From positions 131,688,001 to 131,752,000 of the forward strand of contig OX597816.1 in assembly GCA_951406725.2 (NCBI GenBank): a stretch of DNA of 64,000 nt, written 5' to 3'. Under the pieces are notes generated by a model. That model searched no databases. It saw only the letters and a program-made list of their open reading frames with translations, and had not been told where the DNA came from. Shown here one piece after another: positions 37,027 through 51,130 of the stretch (position 1 is the first letter of the stretch; the number at the start of each line of letters is the position of its first letter). This DNA comes from Octopus vulgaris. Its lineage: Eukaryota. A program made the position numbers and the translations under genes.

Positions 37027-37884
37027 TGTGCGTGCATGCATGTGTGTGCATATGTGCATGTGTGTGTGTGTATGTACATATGTATGTTACTGTCTCCTTG
37101 CTTTGACATCACATCATATTAGTAAATCAATGTTACCATTGTGCAAGGAGTATTTTTCATTTGCAATCTTCTATGAAAAAATGTTTGCTAATAGGGTAAT
37201 ATTACCTTACTTGGAAAGAGGTGAGTATTTGTAACAAGAAGGGCATCAAACTGTAGAAAATCCATTGAAAAGTGGGTGTTAAAACAATTATTGTCCAATG
37301 ATTATTGACGATACAAAGTATATATAAATACATACATACTTACATAAATACTTACACACATACACACATACACACACACACACACACATACACACACACA
37401 CATACACACGCACACACAATATTAGGGAAATTTATCTGCTATTTCCAGCAGGTTGAATGACTATGTAGTTGTTTCCTAATATTTGAGTTAAATTTATAGT
37501 TTTGCCTTCAAATTAAAAAATTACAAAAAATTATAATGTTCATCCGATTTGGTTGAGGTATGTGATGTTGATAAGCCACAAAAATAGCAAAACAATGATT
37601 TCCATCACCCCTGAATGGCATTTGAGGTGAGTTGTCCCACCTGTCCATGACTTTCAGGAGCTTCAACACCCAATGCTCTGAGGGAGTAACTTCACCACTC
37701 CAAATTGCAGCCTACCAGCAAACACACATGGCATGTATGTTAAGTATGTGTGGTCGATAATGTTTATTACACTAGTGCTGCTTCTATTTCATATCTAAAT
37801 TAAAAATTTATAATGCTTTCAAAACCTGTGAGTGTAAAAATTTATTACATTTAAAAGTCAGAAAATGAGTGCTAGAATTTGTCA

Positions 37885-38375
37885 TTCATCATCATCATCG
37901 TCGTCGTTTAACGTCTGCTTTCCATGCTAGCATGGGTTGGACGATTTGACTGAGGTCTGCTGAACCAGATGGCTGCACCAGACTCCAATCTGATCTGGCA
38001 GAGTTTCTACAGCTGGATGCCCTTCCTAACGCCAACCACTCCGAGAGTGTAGCGGGTGTTTTTACATGCCACTGGCATGAGGGCCAGTCAGGCAGTACTG
38101 GCAACAGCCATGCTCTGATGGTGCTTTTTATGTGCCACATGCACAGGAGCCAGTCCAGTGGTACAGGCAACGACCTCACTCGAATATTTTTTCACATGCC
38201 ACCAGCACAAGTGCTAGTAAGGTGACGCAGGTAACAATCACACTCAAATGGTGTTTTTAACATGCCATCGGCTCGTAGGCCAGCTTGTTGCTCTGGCCCC
38301 AATCTCACTCATATGGTTCTTATAGTGCTCCACTAGCATGGATGCCAGGCATCGAATTTGATTTCGATTTCGTTT
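37885..38375 (-). mobile_element. (GAT)n-tailed RTE 3' UTR copy with internal tandem units
   Basis: Reverse complement of the 15478-15938 family. Confidence 0.88.
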
Positions 38376-39876
38376 GTTGAATATTTTTAGTCAGTTCTTT
38401 CTGAAATAACTTCATAGTTCTAAGGCAGCAAATTAAACTCATTTCAGTAACCCAAAGATCTAGCAAACCTAGTCTAGAACCAGAATGTACTCTCAAATAT
38501 AGGCTTGTTAATGGTATTGGTAAAATGTGGAAATTAAGATAAGTTATATCCAGTTTTTCTGTCATACCTGTCTTTGTATGTCAAGATGTCTGAGTTGCTT
38601 AGCCCCAATCAGTTTTGATGGAGTATGTCAGTGATCAAAGATATTCCAACTAAGACCATCTTGTCTTTTCAAGAGCATCTTGGAGCACATTGGTCAATGC
38701 ATCCTTTTCTTTTTCAAGACGATAGCATGTGATTTAAAGGTGATTTGGCTGCTACTTCTTGCAATTGGAGCATCCACTTAGAGATACTATTGTTGGTTTC
38801 AGTAAAAGTGTAAAAGCACAGTAGAAGGATGTCAGTCATACAATACAGAACTTTAAGTAGAGAAGCTAAAATAAACAAGATGGACTGGATTGGATTACAA
38901 GAGCTACAAGACTTGTATACATACCTGTAAACATAGGGCAAAACAGATTTAGAGAAGAAATCTTTTATTCATTTCAATGAGAGGAAGAGAGAGAAAAAGA
39001 GAGAAAGAGAGAGAAGGAGGGAGAGAGAGAGGGGAAGAGCAAGAGAGTGAATATGTCAATTTGTGTGTGTGATGTATAGTTTGTGTTAGTAAGAAATAAT
39101 TGTTTGACACAGTGAATCTAGAATAGTGTTTCTCTTTAGTACTCCAGTTTGTTTTAGCCATCACAACCAGTTAAATACCTCAAGTGGTGAGTTACAATTT
39201 GGTGATATCATTAATGATTTATTTACAATTTACTTATTTACTAATGGTTTAATTAGAGAAAGAGAAGTAAGACTTTGAGAAAATAATTAGAGTGGTTATT
39301 TCAGTGTTATGTGTATATGCATCAACAATCTGAATGATATCAGAATAAATTGATTCTAAGCAGGAGTAGAGTTATCATATGTCAAGTATTGCATCAATGT
39401 TTTCTGTTGTGGTGTGATCTCTGCAAAATCTTTAAATTCAGAAGCAAAGTCTGTTAAGTATTTTCTTCAACTTTTTCCTGAAGAGTCTTTTTGAGTCAGG
39501 GTGAGCCATGAAACTAGAAGATATGTACCTCTATCTTCATTGCATCAATGAAGGAGATGAATGCATTTCTTGGAATACTTTTTCTATGTTTGTTGTACAG
39601 CTTCCAAGTTACAGAGACTGCTGGAACACTAAGTAAGTTCTGAGACAGGAAATTGACACCCAGGAATCAGTATTTTGTAAATATATGTGAAAACACCCAT
39701 GTATAATCAACTTAACTGTATTTATCCTCTGTGGGCAGTTGAAAATGATATGACAAGTAAAAATCTACAACAACCAATGAAAACCACAGTCACAATGTAC
39801 ATCACTCCTTATGTCATATCTGCAAGTTTCAGCCAAATTATGCAATAATTAAATTTTTCTGATTTTTATAGTAGAC

Positions 39877-40391
39877 CAAGGGTCACCAAAGGGGGTCTGA
39901 GGGACCCCCTCGAGGTCGGCAGCACATTACTGAGGATCGATGATAGCCAAGGGGTCAAATAGGTCAGCATGCGAAAGACCAGCTCACCCGGTTGAACTGC
40001 TTGAAATACTTAGTCTCTGTGCTATGCTCATCCCTCACATTGATGTCAGTTCCAATAAAAGACATTCCAGCAATGATGCATTTTTTCACATTTTCTAACC
40101 GTGAAAACAATTTCATAAAAATTGAGAGGTTAATATGGTATACTTGTACATGTAGTTTTAAATGTAAAATGAGTGTCATCTTCAATAGAATTTTCTTGGT
40201 TTGTCGTACATGTATATTTTAGTTAACATTTTAATTGCCAGCATTTAAGATATGGTACAGTAGGGTAGGGCATTAAGATATTTTAAGTGAGGAAGGTGGT
40301 TGATGTGGAAGGAGAAATGGCTAAAGGGGGTTGATGTGGAAGGAGAAGTAGCTAAAGGAGGTCGATGGTCGAAAAAGTTTGGTGACACCTG
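39877..40391. mobile_element. hAT/Charlie-type MITE
   Basis: TIRs caagggtcaccaaa / tttggtgacacctg; 8-bp TSD tagtagac / tactagac. Confidence 0.88.
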
Positions 40392-40679
40392 TACTAGACT
40401 AACTGTATTTCATCAGAATCCCTCACTTCTAACATGTTTGAGAGACTTATACAGAGAAAATATGACAGAACTTCAAAGTTAGGAAAAGTGATAAAACAGA
40501 AGAGTAAAAGTTTTAGTGACACAATCAATGTTGTGTAGGGATTAGTATACTTGCCCGGGGAACAAAAACTACATTGTTAAGTTTCTATTAACGAAAGAAA
40601 TTAATTTTTGAATGGAAAAGTACAATGTCTGTGAGGCTGAGGTATTGTCTTGTTTTCTATTCACATCTGAGAACACATT

Positions 40680-40850
40680 ACAAGATTATTAAATCAACAT
40701 CAGTACTTGATTGGTACTAATTTTATTGACCCTGGAAGGATAAAAGTTAAAGTCAACCCCAACAGGATTTGAACTTAAAATGTAAAGAGCCATAATTAAA
40801 TATCAGAGAAGCGTTTACTCTGATGCTTGGATGACTGTCAATTCACAACT
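40680..40850 (-). mobile_element. SINE family B, decayed
   Basis: tggtactaattttattgaccctggaaggataaaag...gatttgaact core. Confidence 0.7.
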
Positions 40851-41619
40851 CTGCTGGCCATTTTGTAAGGAAGACAAGCTTCTGCTATTTGTGAGAACCC
40901 TGAGTAAGGCTCATAACTGCTTGCCATGATTTGCCTAAACACTCCTATTTCACAGTCGAGAGATTAGCTGTAGGAAAAGCATCCAGCTATAAAAATATTT
41001 GTTTTAGCAAAAAGACCATCCTACATATTGTTAGCATGAAATATTGGATGCAAAAAATAAATAAATAAAAATAAAAATAACAATGAGATTTTATTTCACA
41101 CTAGCATCAGTCATTTATTTCTGAAAAACAAAAAAAAAACAACACATTTTTGAATATTTGCATGTAATGCTAGAGCAGATGTTTTCACAGCTCAATGCCC
41201 TTTTTAATGTTAATCACTCAGCTGTGAACTATTTTTCAGACAGACAGACTAAAGAAATTACAGTAGTCTACCACTTAGCCACCATGAAGATTATTGCCTT
41301 TATTTCATTTATTTAATAGTATTGACTCATAGATCATGTGTTCCTATGTCACTGGAGTAGGTTGGTTTAATTTACCTTTGTTTATCTACCGTGAGAATAA
41401 ACACCTGTTGATATCAGAGATCAAATGTATTTTATATAAAGAACTATTTACTCCTCATCCACTTAACCTTTTGCTAATTAAAGATAAGTACAGTTCCTCC
41501 CTTGGAGCAGTGGTACATTGCTAAATGATTTACATATTTTTACATTATTTATTATTCCCCACCCCTGTTTAGAAGAAGAGAGATGGAATACGTTTAAGGA
41601 ATATATTTAAGGCTCTCTA

Positions 41620-42520
41620 CATCTGTTGTTAACATAGTAACTGGATAGATCTTTTGCAATCTAACCTCGCAGATGTTTTATTAATAACAGAATTTGGTAG
41701 TTGTGTTCTAAACAAAATAAGCAGTGTTGCTAACAATATTATCTATTGTTTGTATAATCTGGTAGAAATGTTGTTAGCAGTATAGTTCAGTTAACCTGAT
41801 GTTGATAACATGGTCTGATAGATAAGTTGTAAGCAATATAATTTGGTACATCTGCTGTTGACAATTTGACAATATAATTTATTGAATGTGTTGTTTGTAA
41901 CATAGACCATGTATTAGCCATATACTCTGTTAGGTCAGTTTGTTAGTAGCATGATCAAGGAGGTCTAAAAAATACTGGCACTCTGTCAGTTATGATGAGG
42001 ATTCCGGCCGATCCAATCAAAAGAAAAGTCTGTTCATGAAATTAACTTGCAAATGGCTGAGCATTCCACCCTTAATGTTGTTTGCAGGGTGATTCAGCAT
42101 GACACAGAATGTGGTCCTTTGAATTACAAGTACAGCTGAGTGGACTGGAACAATATGAAATACAGTGTCTTGCTCAAGGACACAACATACTGTCGGTAAT
42201 TGAACTCACAACCTTACGATCTTGAGCTGAATACTTTAACCACTTAGCCACAAGTCTATGTTTAGTAATATAATTAGGTTGATTTGCTATTAGCAACATG
42301 ATCTGATAGATCTGCTGTTAACATTATAGTCTTATATATTTATTGTTAGCTATATAATCTTGTTTTGTTGTTAACTGTATAATATAGACGATCTATTTTT
42401 GATAATAGAATAATATTGATCTTTTGCTATTATTTTGACAGACAAGTTATTATCTATTCAATATTTTTGAAATATAATTCAGCTGTATTACTAATAATAT
42501 ATATTAGAGATCTGGTCAGA
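41620..42520. repeat. ancient ~30-bp degenerate minisatellite split by a SINE C
   Basis: Recurring approximate unit atctgctgttagcaatataatctggtag on both sides of 41965-42253. Confidence 0.6.
41965..42253 (-). mobile_element. SINE family C with a third tail type
   Basis: Minus strand tggctaagtggttaaag A box, gagttcaattacc B box, gtgtccttgagcaagacact core. Confidence 0.85.
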
Positions 42521-42579
42521 TTTCAGGAAAGTCAGAAAGGTTATCCCTGGTGCACATTAAAATAAGCATGTGAAGTGTT

Positions 42580-42661
<82 letters not shown>

Positions 42662-42677
42662 CATACATATATATATA

Positions 42678-42903
42678 CACATATAAAGCTGAAGTTGTCT
42701 GTGTGTGTGTGGCAGGTTTGGTAGCCTTCAACTAACACTATCTCCTCCGAGACCCTGCAGTACAAGTTGACCAAAATTGAGAGTATGAGAGAAGAAGGCT
42801 TACTCTTCATTCTGTAGAAGAAAATATTCAAATCGGACCATGTTAAGACCAAAAATTATTTACATCAAAAAGGTGCTTTTTTTTTTCTATGAAAATCCCT
42901 ATT
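42678..42903 (+). mobile_element. Helitron-like 5' fragment
   Basis: atataaagctgaagttgtctgtgtgtg...gttgaccaaaattg resembles the 5' ends at 3472 and 2282. Confidence 0.5.
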
Positions 42904-42922
42904 GATGATGATATATATAAAT

Positions 42923-42953
<31 letters not shown>

Positions 42954-42964
42954 TATATGAATGT

Positions 42965-43980
42965 GTGGGGAGGGTTTAATCAATTGCATCATCCTCAGTG
43001 CTCAACTGGTACTTATTTTATCAGTCCAAAAGTATGAAAGGCAAATTCGACCCAGGAAGAATTTGAACTCAAAATGTAGAGAGACGCAAGAAATGCTGAT
43101 AAGCATTTAGGTTGATGTGCTAACAATTCTGCCAGCTTGCTACCTTAATTGTGACAATAATATTAATGATGATGATGATGATGATGATGATTTAATAATC
43201 CTTTCTACAATAAGCACAAGGTCTGAAATACTTTGTGGGAGGGACTAGTTGATTACATCGAACCCTCTCCTCCAGTATTCAACTGGTACTGAAAGGACCA
43301 ACATCAGCAGAATTTGAATGTGGAGCGCAAAACCAGAAGAAATACCACTAAACAGTTTGCCTGGGGTGCTAACAATTCTACCAGCTCAACAGCTTAAATC
43401 AGGGGTCTGTGTACCTGGGTAAATTACCCCAAGTGGGGTAAAAATGAAATTCTTGTGGGTAATGAAGACTCATTAGACATAAGTAAAACTATATACAAAA
43501 TGTGTTCTTTCAATAAACTTTTTGAATTCAAAGTATCTGATTTTCTTCCTTTCAAATCAAGGGGGTAACATCAGCGTAAATAAATGCATTTTGGGTAATT
43601 GGTTAAAGAAGTTCTCTGGCCCCTGCCTTAAATAACGGTTTCAAATTTTAGTACAAAGTCACCAGTTTTTGAAAGGAAACTGTTTACATCAACCCTGGTA
43701 CTTGACTTGTTCTTATTTTATCAACCCCTGAAAAGACGAAAGGGAAAGCCAACTTCAGTAGAATTTGAACTCAGAATGTAAAACTATGAAATGCCGCTAA
43801 ACATTTTGTCTGGCATGCTAACAATTGTGTCAGCTTACTGCCTTAATGAGATGATTTAATAATATTAGTAATGATTTCTAAGAAAGGAGACAGAGGTCCA
43901 CACATATTAGGAGTGGTAAGGAGAGAGTCTATTAATTGAACTTCGGCACTTCACTGGTAATTAATTTATGAACTTAACAG
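42965..43980 (-). mobile_element. head-to-tail run of 3-4 SINE family B copies
   Basis: Copies at ~42965-43145, 43190-43395, 43634-43845 and partial 43870-43980. Confidence 0.8.
43400..43625. mobile_element. hAT-type MITE
   Basis: cagggg...cccctg ends; TSD gcttaaat / ccttaaat. Confidence 0.8.
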
Positions 43981-43981
43981 A

Positions 43982-44505
43982 TGTTAGGGGTGATGTGGTT
44001 GCAGAAATTGTCTGACAGCTGACTGGGTTATCCTGCTTGTGTGGCATGATGCAGAGTTGTGTTGCCAGACATAGGGTCTTCCAGCAACCATCCTCTTGAC
44101 CCAGGTCAGCACTACCTCCTCCAGGCACTTGATGTATGCCTCTGTGTTAAGTGTGAAGCCGTGTGGGAAGATGAATGGAGGCATAACATCATCATCAATA
44201 GTGATCATTCCAAACACTGTGATGTTGACTGGATGTTTGATTTTTTATCACTCTTGGTATGTGTCCCTGGGTTGACACCCAAGCACTCTGAAATGTTCGT
44301 ATTGGAGCTTCCAGTATGAATTCCAAGCAGTGCAGCATGTCATTTTGAAATTTCTGGCACAGTGAATTGTGTCATGATGCTGTTTTCTCATTGACAGTAC
44401 CCAACTGACCCTGCTATACAGTGTAGTCAACAAAATCAAAAATAAACACTGTGCATGGGCGAAATTCAAAATGTATAATAGTGACAATTTACCTATTGCA
44501 CCCTA
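43982..44505 (-). mobile_element. deleted maT (DD37D) transposon copy
   Basis: VMPPFIFPHG..LNTEAYIKCLEEVVL.W...GRPYVWQ; 5' end collinear with 63350-63589; internal deletion near 44260. Confidence 0.85.
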
Positions 44506-45937
44506 TATATGTCTACAAAATCATCTTTGTTATAAGATATTTCCAAGCAATTTTACAAATGAGATTTGGCTGAAATAAACTGAAATTTGTTGTGAGATAG
44601 GGCTTATTAATGTTCTTGAATAAAGCACTTTATTTCATGTTGCTCCAGTTTTCTCAGTTAATAATGAATACCAACCAAATACTGATGCAGTCCATTTCTG
44701 CTGTCATATCCTTGATGTTGCACAGGGGGACAAAGAGGGGAGGGGTCCTAGAGGCTCTCTATATCTGTTTATGATGACAGAGGCACTGAACACAATTAGC
44801 AGAAGCATAGTCCATGCAACCAGATGATACTCATTTGCATGTGACAGTTAAGGGTAGAGAGCAGTGTGAATTTGAAGAAACATCATGAGCAGAACAGAAC
44901 TGAAAAGGATGTTCTGAAATGAAGTTGATATTGCAACTAATTTCTTTTTCTTCTCATTTTATATTGTAGATAACCTGCTTATTAACATAGTTTTGTCATA
45001 CACTTCTTTTGTTGTTCTTCATTGGAAGTAATATTAAGTATTTCATTATTTTTCTTTAATGTTCATGATTAGTATTTCATAATCTCTCACTTATCTATGA
45101 CTCTTCAAAATGTTAATAATATATCAATAGGCACTTCAATCGTCATGGCATTATCTGAGGACATAAAAAAGTCTTTGATATTTTGTGAGCATCCTACCTT
45201 ACAGGATGTAATTTACTATGATATAATTTTCATTACACCACAATAAATGTCCATAATTTTTTTATTTCATAGCTTTTCTGTTGTATATGGCATTTGCTGA
45301 CCTTCTTTTATCTTTCTGAATCTGAAGACAATTGAAGGTTCAGTAGATGCCACTAGTTTAAAATGTATTCAAATACAGGAAGAAATATTAACAACTTATA
45401 TCATATTCAAAGAACACTAACTTTGCTGTTAAGTCTTAAGCTTTGGTTCATGATTAATCTTTAATGGTGGATCTGGTGGTGTAACTGTGTTTTAGTTTTT
45501 TTTCTTTGACAGCACAATTTATTGATGTTTGTTCAGTTCTCAAACTCTGAACTTCTATATTTTTCACTCTCAAATTAAATTAAATTAATTTCAAATTTAA
45601 TACAACTCTCATATCAAAACAACTGAGTTATGATTTAAATTATATAAAGTTAGATGAACTTTTATTTAAAACAAATGAAGGTCAATCTAAAATATATGTA
45701 ATTCATATTAAAATAATTAACGTGAAGGTGAAAAAATTTACCTTTGATTTATAATATTATATTTTGTTTAAAGTTATGAAATTTCTAGAATAAATTAATA
45801 TTTTTTTACAAGAGAAAATATATTATTGCTCATCATTTCTCGCATCATGATATATATAATTGTATAAATGAAACAACACAGGTTTAAAGGTTAAAGTAAC
45901 ATACAACTATTCCTTGTCTGTTAATATACATAGTTTA

Positions 45938-46200
45938 AAAGAGTAAAGACCCTTTTTGGTCATGAATGACCATGGGATTGCACCTAGAAAGTTACCCTCT
46001 GAGGCACAGGTCTGAGTAAGGTTGTTTATGGAAGACGAGCAGTCACCCATACATACCAGACTCCCCTCTCCACACCACTGATGTTATCCAAGGAAAGGCA
46101 AAGGCTGATACAACTTGGCACCAGTGATGTCGCAACTCATTTCTACAGCTGAGTGAACTGGAGCAACATGAAATAAAGTGTTTTGCTTAAGAACACAACG
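45938..46200 (-). mobile_element. SINE family C, 5'-truncated
   Basis: Collinear with 36050-36305. Confidence 0.85.
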
Positions 46201-47428
46201 TATATTACAACAACATTATAAGCACCAACTTGAGACAGAAACAAGAGTGATAGGTCTACTGACTGAACTAAACCCCTGTAACTATCACTTGCTGGGTTTA
46301 TTACACACAGAGAGTCTGCCAGTCCTTTTTTTTTTAATTAGCACTTAAGAATTTATTCTGTTATTCAAAACAAGGGAGAATGAGAAGAAAGAATGGTAGC
46401 CCCCCACCTCTAGTATAACTGGTAACATAACTGCCTGTTGGTTAGAGTCACAAATTAATGCTTATCATTTCTCATATCAGCTGACCTATCATTGATATTT
46501 TGTTATTAGAGCTTGCATAAACACCTGACTGTACATTTAAAGTTTTACTGAACAAGGTGTTGATGATGATGATGATGATGATACTCATTCAACTAAAAAG
46601 AAAAAAAAAGGTATTTCCAGTTATTTCTATATCACACCAACAGTGCCTTACATCTCTTGTCATCAAATCCATTTATCTGTCCATGATGGTTGCTTAGGCA
46701 CAAGTGAGGAATGACGCAATTTTACTTAACTATGAACTTGTGTGTCTGATCTCTTCTTTTAACTGACAAACATGGTCAATAACTTTGTTGTGAACCATTA
46801 CTTCATACCATCCAATGGCAGAGGCTGTAAATGCTACTTTAGCTTGAGTTTTAAAAAATCCTAATGCTTTTGTTTTTTTTTTCCTGTGTCTCATATAGAC
46901 TTTCCTAGCTTAAAATAATGGCTTTTTTTTTAGTTGTTTTATTATTGTAGAACAAAATAAAATAACTTCTACTATTTTATCTCTTCCTTTCTCTTTTTTA
47001 TTGATTTATTCCTGTTTGTTTAAATGCGTCTTTTCATGGCTGACTAAATATTTAATTTAACACTTGCAGATTATAAATATTCTGTTTGTTTCTTTTGCAG
47101 ATATTCCAGCACATGCTGTTTTCCTGATCACTTCATACTCAATCAACTCAAGTTATTTAATTTTTCCTTTCTAACATCCATGGGACCTACATGTGCTTAA
47201 ATATGCCTACATGTGCCTCCAACTCTTATCATCAACTCCATTTATCTGTACAACTCATCCCTCTCATATTTTGCCTATCATATCTAGTAACATTTCACCT
47301 TTATACCATGCTTAATCTCATATTGTCCAATCCTCTCCTCTACCTATTCCTCTTGTCATAGCTATTACTCTCTCTGTTGATCATTTTGTTGCAATGTCCA
47401 TGCATTTCAATTGGTCTCTCTCTGGCTC

Positions 47429-47481
<53 letters not shown>

Positions 47482-49529
47482 GATGTCTTTTCATAAACAG
47501 GAAGTATGTGGGTTGTTTTTCAAGCTGTAGAGAATCCTAACCAATAAAGAGAATGACCTCTCTGCAATAAAACAATTATACCTTACATAATGTTCAGCAC
47601 ATGACAAATATTGCTGTGCTGTTCTACTGCAGTGGTTGATGCTAAGAAAAACATGTAGTTTTTAATTCCTGTCAAACAAAATATTTATCAAACTGAGCCA
47701 GCAGTGTTAAAACTGATCCTGTTGATGAGCATGATCATTATTACATACTACCCGGCTGTAGTTGAATTAGGACTACAAGTGCACATTCCCTTTTCATATC
47801 GTGGTTTGCCAGAGTGAGAACTATCTATTTATTTTTCCACACACTTTATCACCAATCTTGAACAATTTAATTATAAATTAACATTAGCTTATGTTTCCTC
47901 AATTTCCTACCTCCAAATCAACCCTCCCAAGCCTCATTCTCCCTCATGTTTTACTGACATTGATCCTATTTGTTCTTAGATGCTAATAACATTTTGCGTC
48001 ACTCAAAAGTCTTGATGTATTTGTTCCATTGTGCATTGTTTTTTGTGTTTTCTTTGTCTGTTTTCTTTTGTGGAAAACATTAAGTCAGAATTACTGTACC
48101 ATGACTGCTTCAGTTGCAACACTGTGGTATGAGTAACCAAGTTCTTTTGTTATTTTAAATACTGTTAAAAAATACAGTTGGCAGACAAGACACATGTTAA
48201 ACAAGTATGATTTCATTAGACTACTTTCTTTTTGTTTTAATGTTTAATGGAAAGAAAGTTACCTGTTTGTGACAAAATCTTTCAACTGTTTTCAAACTGA
48301 CTCAGAGACATTTTGGTTATTTATGAATATAATACTTTGATATATCTTAAGTTTATTTATGAATATAATGCCTTGATATATCTCAGGTTTCAAATTCCTA
48401 TATTTAGTATTAATTTAATTGCTTAGAAAGAAATAGAAACAATTTTATGTTGTCTTGTTTATTTATATATATGCATGTATTTTTTACTGAAGTGTGCGTA
48501 TGTGTGGGTAGAAAAAGCAATGAAATGGAATGGAGTCAGCATATATTATACATGATATGGTCGAATGACCATAGGTTAAATATTCCAGTTTCATTTGACT
48601 GATCTGACTTGGAGATATTATTTATTGTCATCCAGCTGGTTTGTTAACTAGCTATCATTTAGATCATTGAGTACAATTTGTCCCCTGAAGAATATTATAG
48701 TGGTTAAACATTTACTTTATATCAGAATGTAAGCTGAATTATCACAACTGATGTTTTAAATAGATAGACTTCAAAGTTTAGAAAGACAAAAAAAGACTAG
48801 AATGATAAAGATTCTATGGTGAACATGGATAATAGGTGCTGTATGAACATAATAGCTGATGTGATTAAATCACTGAAGCAGAAGTAAACTAAAATAGTTA
48901 TTTTTATTGAAGTTCAGAGAAATGACAGGGAGGTATGTTACAAATTAACAAACTTGATAACACCGAAAAAAAATCATATTTTTACTGAATAAGTGAAAAT
49001 GATTCAGACATTTTTGTTTATTTGACAATGTCTCTAATGACAATAACTTCTCCTGTCAAGCTGTATTTGTGCTGATACAAAAAGCAGAATAAATCAAAAT
49101 CTATTTCCCTTGTCAGAAAAAAAAATGTAGCTAAATGGTGGAATTCCTTGAACTCACAAAATGTAGGCTTTTATTATTCTCAGTTGAATCTTAATATTTA
49201 TAGATAAGTTAATAAAACAATGAAAAAATTCTAAAACAAAATCAGATATTTTCTGACTTCCCCAGGTTATGACCTTATGGTTTTATGTCAGATTAAAAAA
49301 AAAAACTGCTGCATTTGAATCGCATTTACCATGTCATTGAGGGTTGGAAAATTCTAAAAGTTCTGACATTTGCATAAATTATTGGATCATTATTTTCCCA
49401 GCTGGATATTTTCCCAAATTCCAACAACTAATCTACACTGTGCTTACTGTTTGGTATCAGTGGTACCTAGTTATCTAAACTGGCAGAAGCCATAAGAGAC
49501 TCACATTTACAATTACAAAGAATATAATA

Positions 49530-49800
49530 ATAATGGCTTCAAATTTTGGCACAGGGCCAGCAGTTTTTGAGGGGAAAGGAAAGTTGATTACATTAACTCC
49601 AGTACTTGACTGGTACTTATTTTATCAACCTCGAAAGGATGAAGGACAAAGTTGACCTCAGTTGAAGTTGAGCTCAGAACATAAAGACAGACAAAATGCC
49701 ACTATGCTTTTAGTCTGGCGGAATTTGAGCTCAGAACTTGAAGACAGATGAAATACCACTAAGCATTTTGTCCAGTGTGCTAATGGTGCTGCCAGCACTG
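49530..49800 (-). mobile_element. SINE family B with partial internal duplication
   Basis: Core plus repeated ttgagctcagaac..aagacaga. Confidence 0.8.
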
Positions 49801-51130
49801 TCCTGAATAAGAAAATGATAATATTTAATAGTAAGTGAGGCTTTGTGTAAAATTATTCTAGCACTTTATGGTGTTAATAGGAAATAAACTGAAGTTCTCT
49901 ATTTTGACATCAAAGTATCACACACTCACACTAACACACAAACATACACACTCATGTACACACTCGCATAGACTCTCACACATGCAGCAACCAAATCACA
50001 TAATAATCTTCATCATCAGTATCATCAAATATTTGCTTTATTACCGTGCTGCTGTTAACAGTATGAAATATAATGAAGTGTCGTCCCTTCTGTGAAGCCA
50101 AGTATCTTATTATCGACATTCATTACATTCTCTCTTTCCTTTCATAATCACAACTTCTTCTGGTCAATAGATAATCCTTCTTCCTCTAGGAACTTACTGT
50201 CAATTCATATAAACATGCTATAAGTTTGTATGTACCCTTGCCTAGACATCATGCGATGGTTGTAAATGAATATATTATCATACAAGAGAGGTTTTTTTGT
50301 TTTCAGTCGTCTGGAGAAAACATGTCTAGCTTTATTATATTATATTACCTTGCTTGGAAAGAAGTGAGGGTTAATGACAGAAAGGGCATCCAGCTGTAAA
50401 AAATTTGCCTCAATAAATTTTGTCAGACCCATGCAAATATAGAAAAGTGAACGTTAAATAATGATGAAGATGAGGATGATGATAAGGAGGAAGATAATGA
50501 CGATGACAGAGTAAGCTTTATTATGGATTATATCTATTTGTTTTGAGCTGTCAATATTTCAGTAAGTAAATTAAATTAATTAAATAGATTCATATTCATT
50601 AGATATATAGAACAGTTGTAAAATATCTTTCATGTTTATTATACAACCTCACCATGGAAAGTAGTTTCTGGTTTATTAACCTTCATCAGTAATCAAATAC
50701 CCTTTATTTTATAACCACTGTGAAATTGTATTTAAAGTTACTGTTATTGAACTCATATCTAAATCAAGTAAACTGATTTGAATATTAGACATATTTTTGA
50801 CTTTTAGTTCTGTTACATAACATACAAACTACTCTATGTGGTGCAATTAAGCTCGACATATTCTGGGCCTGTATTGGCTAAAAAAACCTACCTACTTTAT
50901 ATCTAATTTATCTCTCTGTCTTTGTAAGTGATAGTATGGTGACATATGTGTTGTGTAAAGCAGTTTCACATTACTTTGTTACATTGTGAAAGTGAAGAAA
51001 CCAATTAATTTAAAATACTGAAAAATGCATTTGTTGATATAGCTGAGATATATTGGTATTCCTTTATACTCATTTTCCAAATTCCGTTTTCGTATGTTTA
51101 AATCTCCAGTTTGTTTAAAACATACTCATG

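Noticed and set aside
47595-47622. cagcaca...tgtgctg hairpin as a pre-miRNA
   Set aside because: The 7-bp stem is too short and I recognise no mature miRNA.
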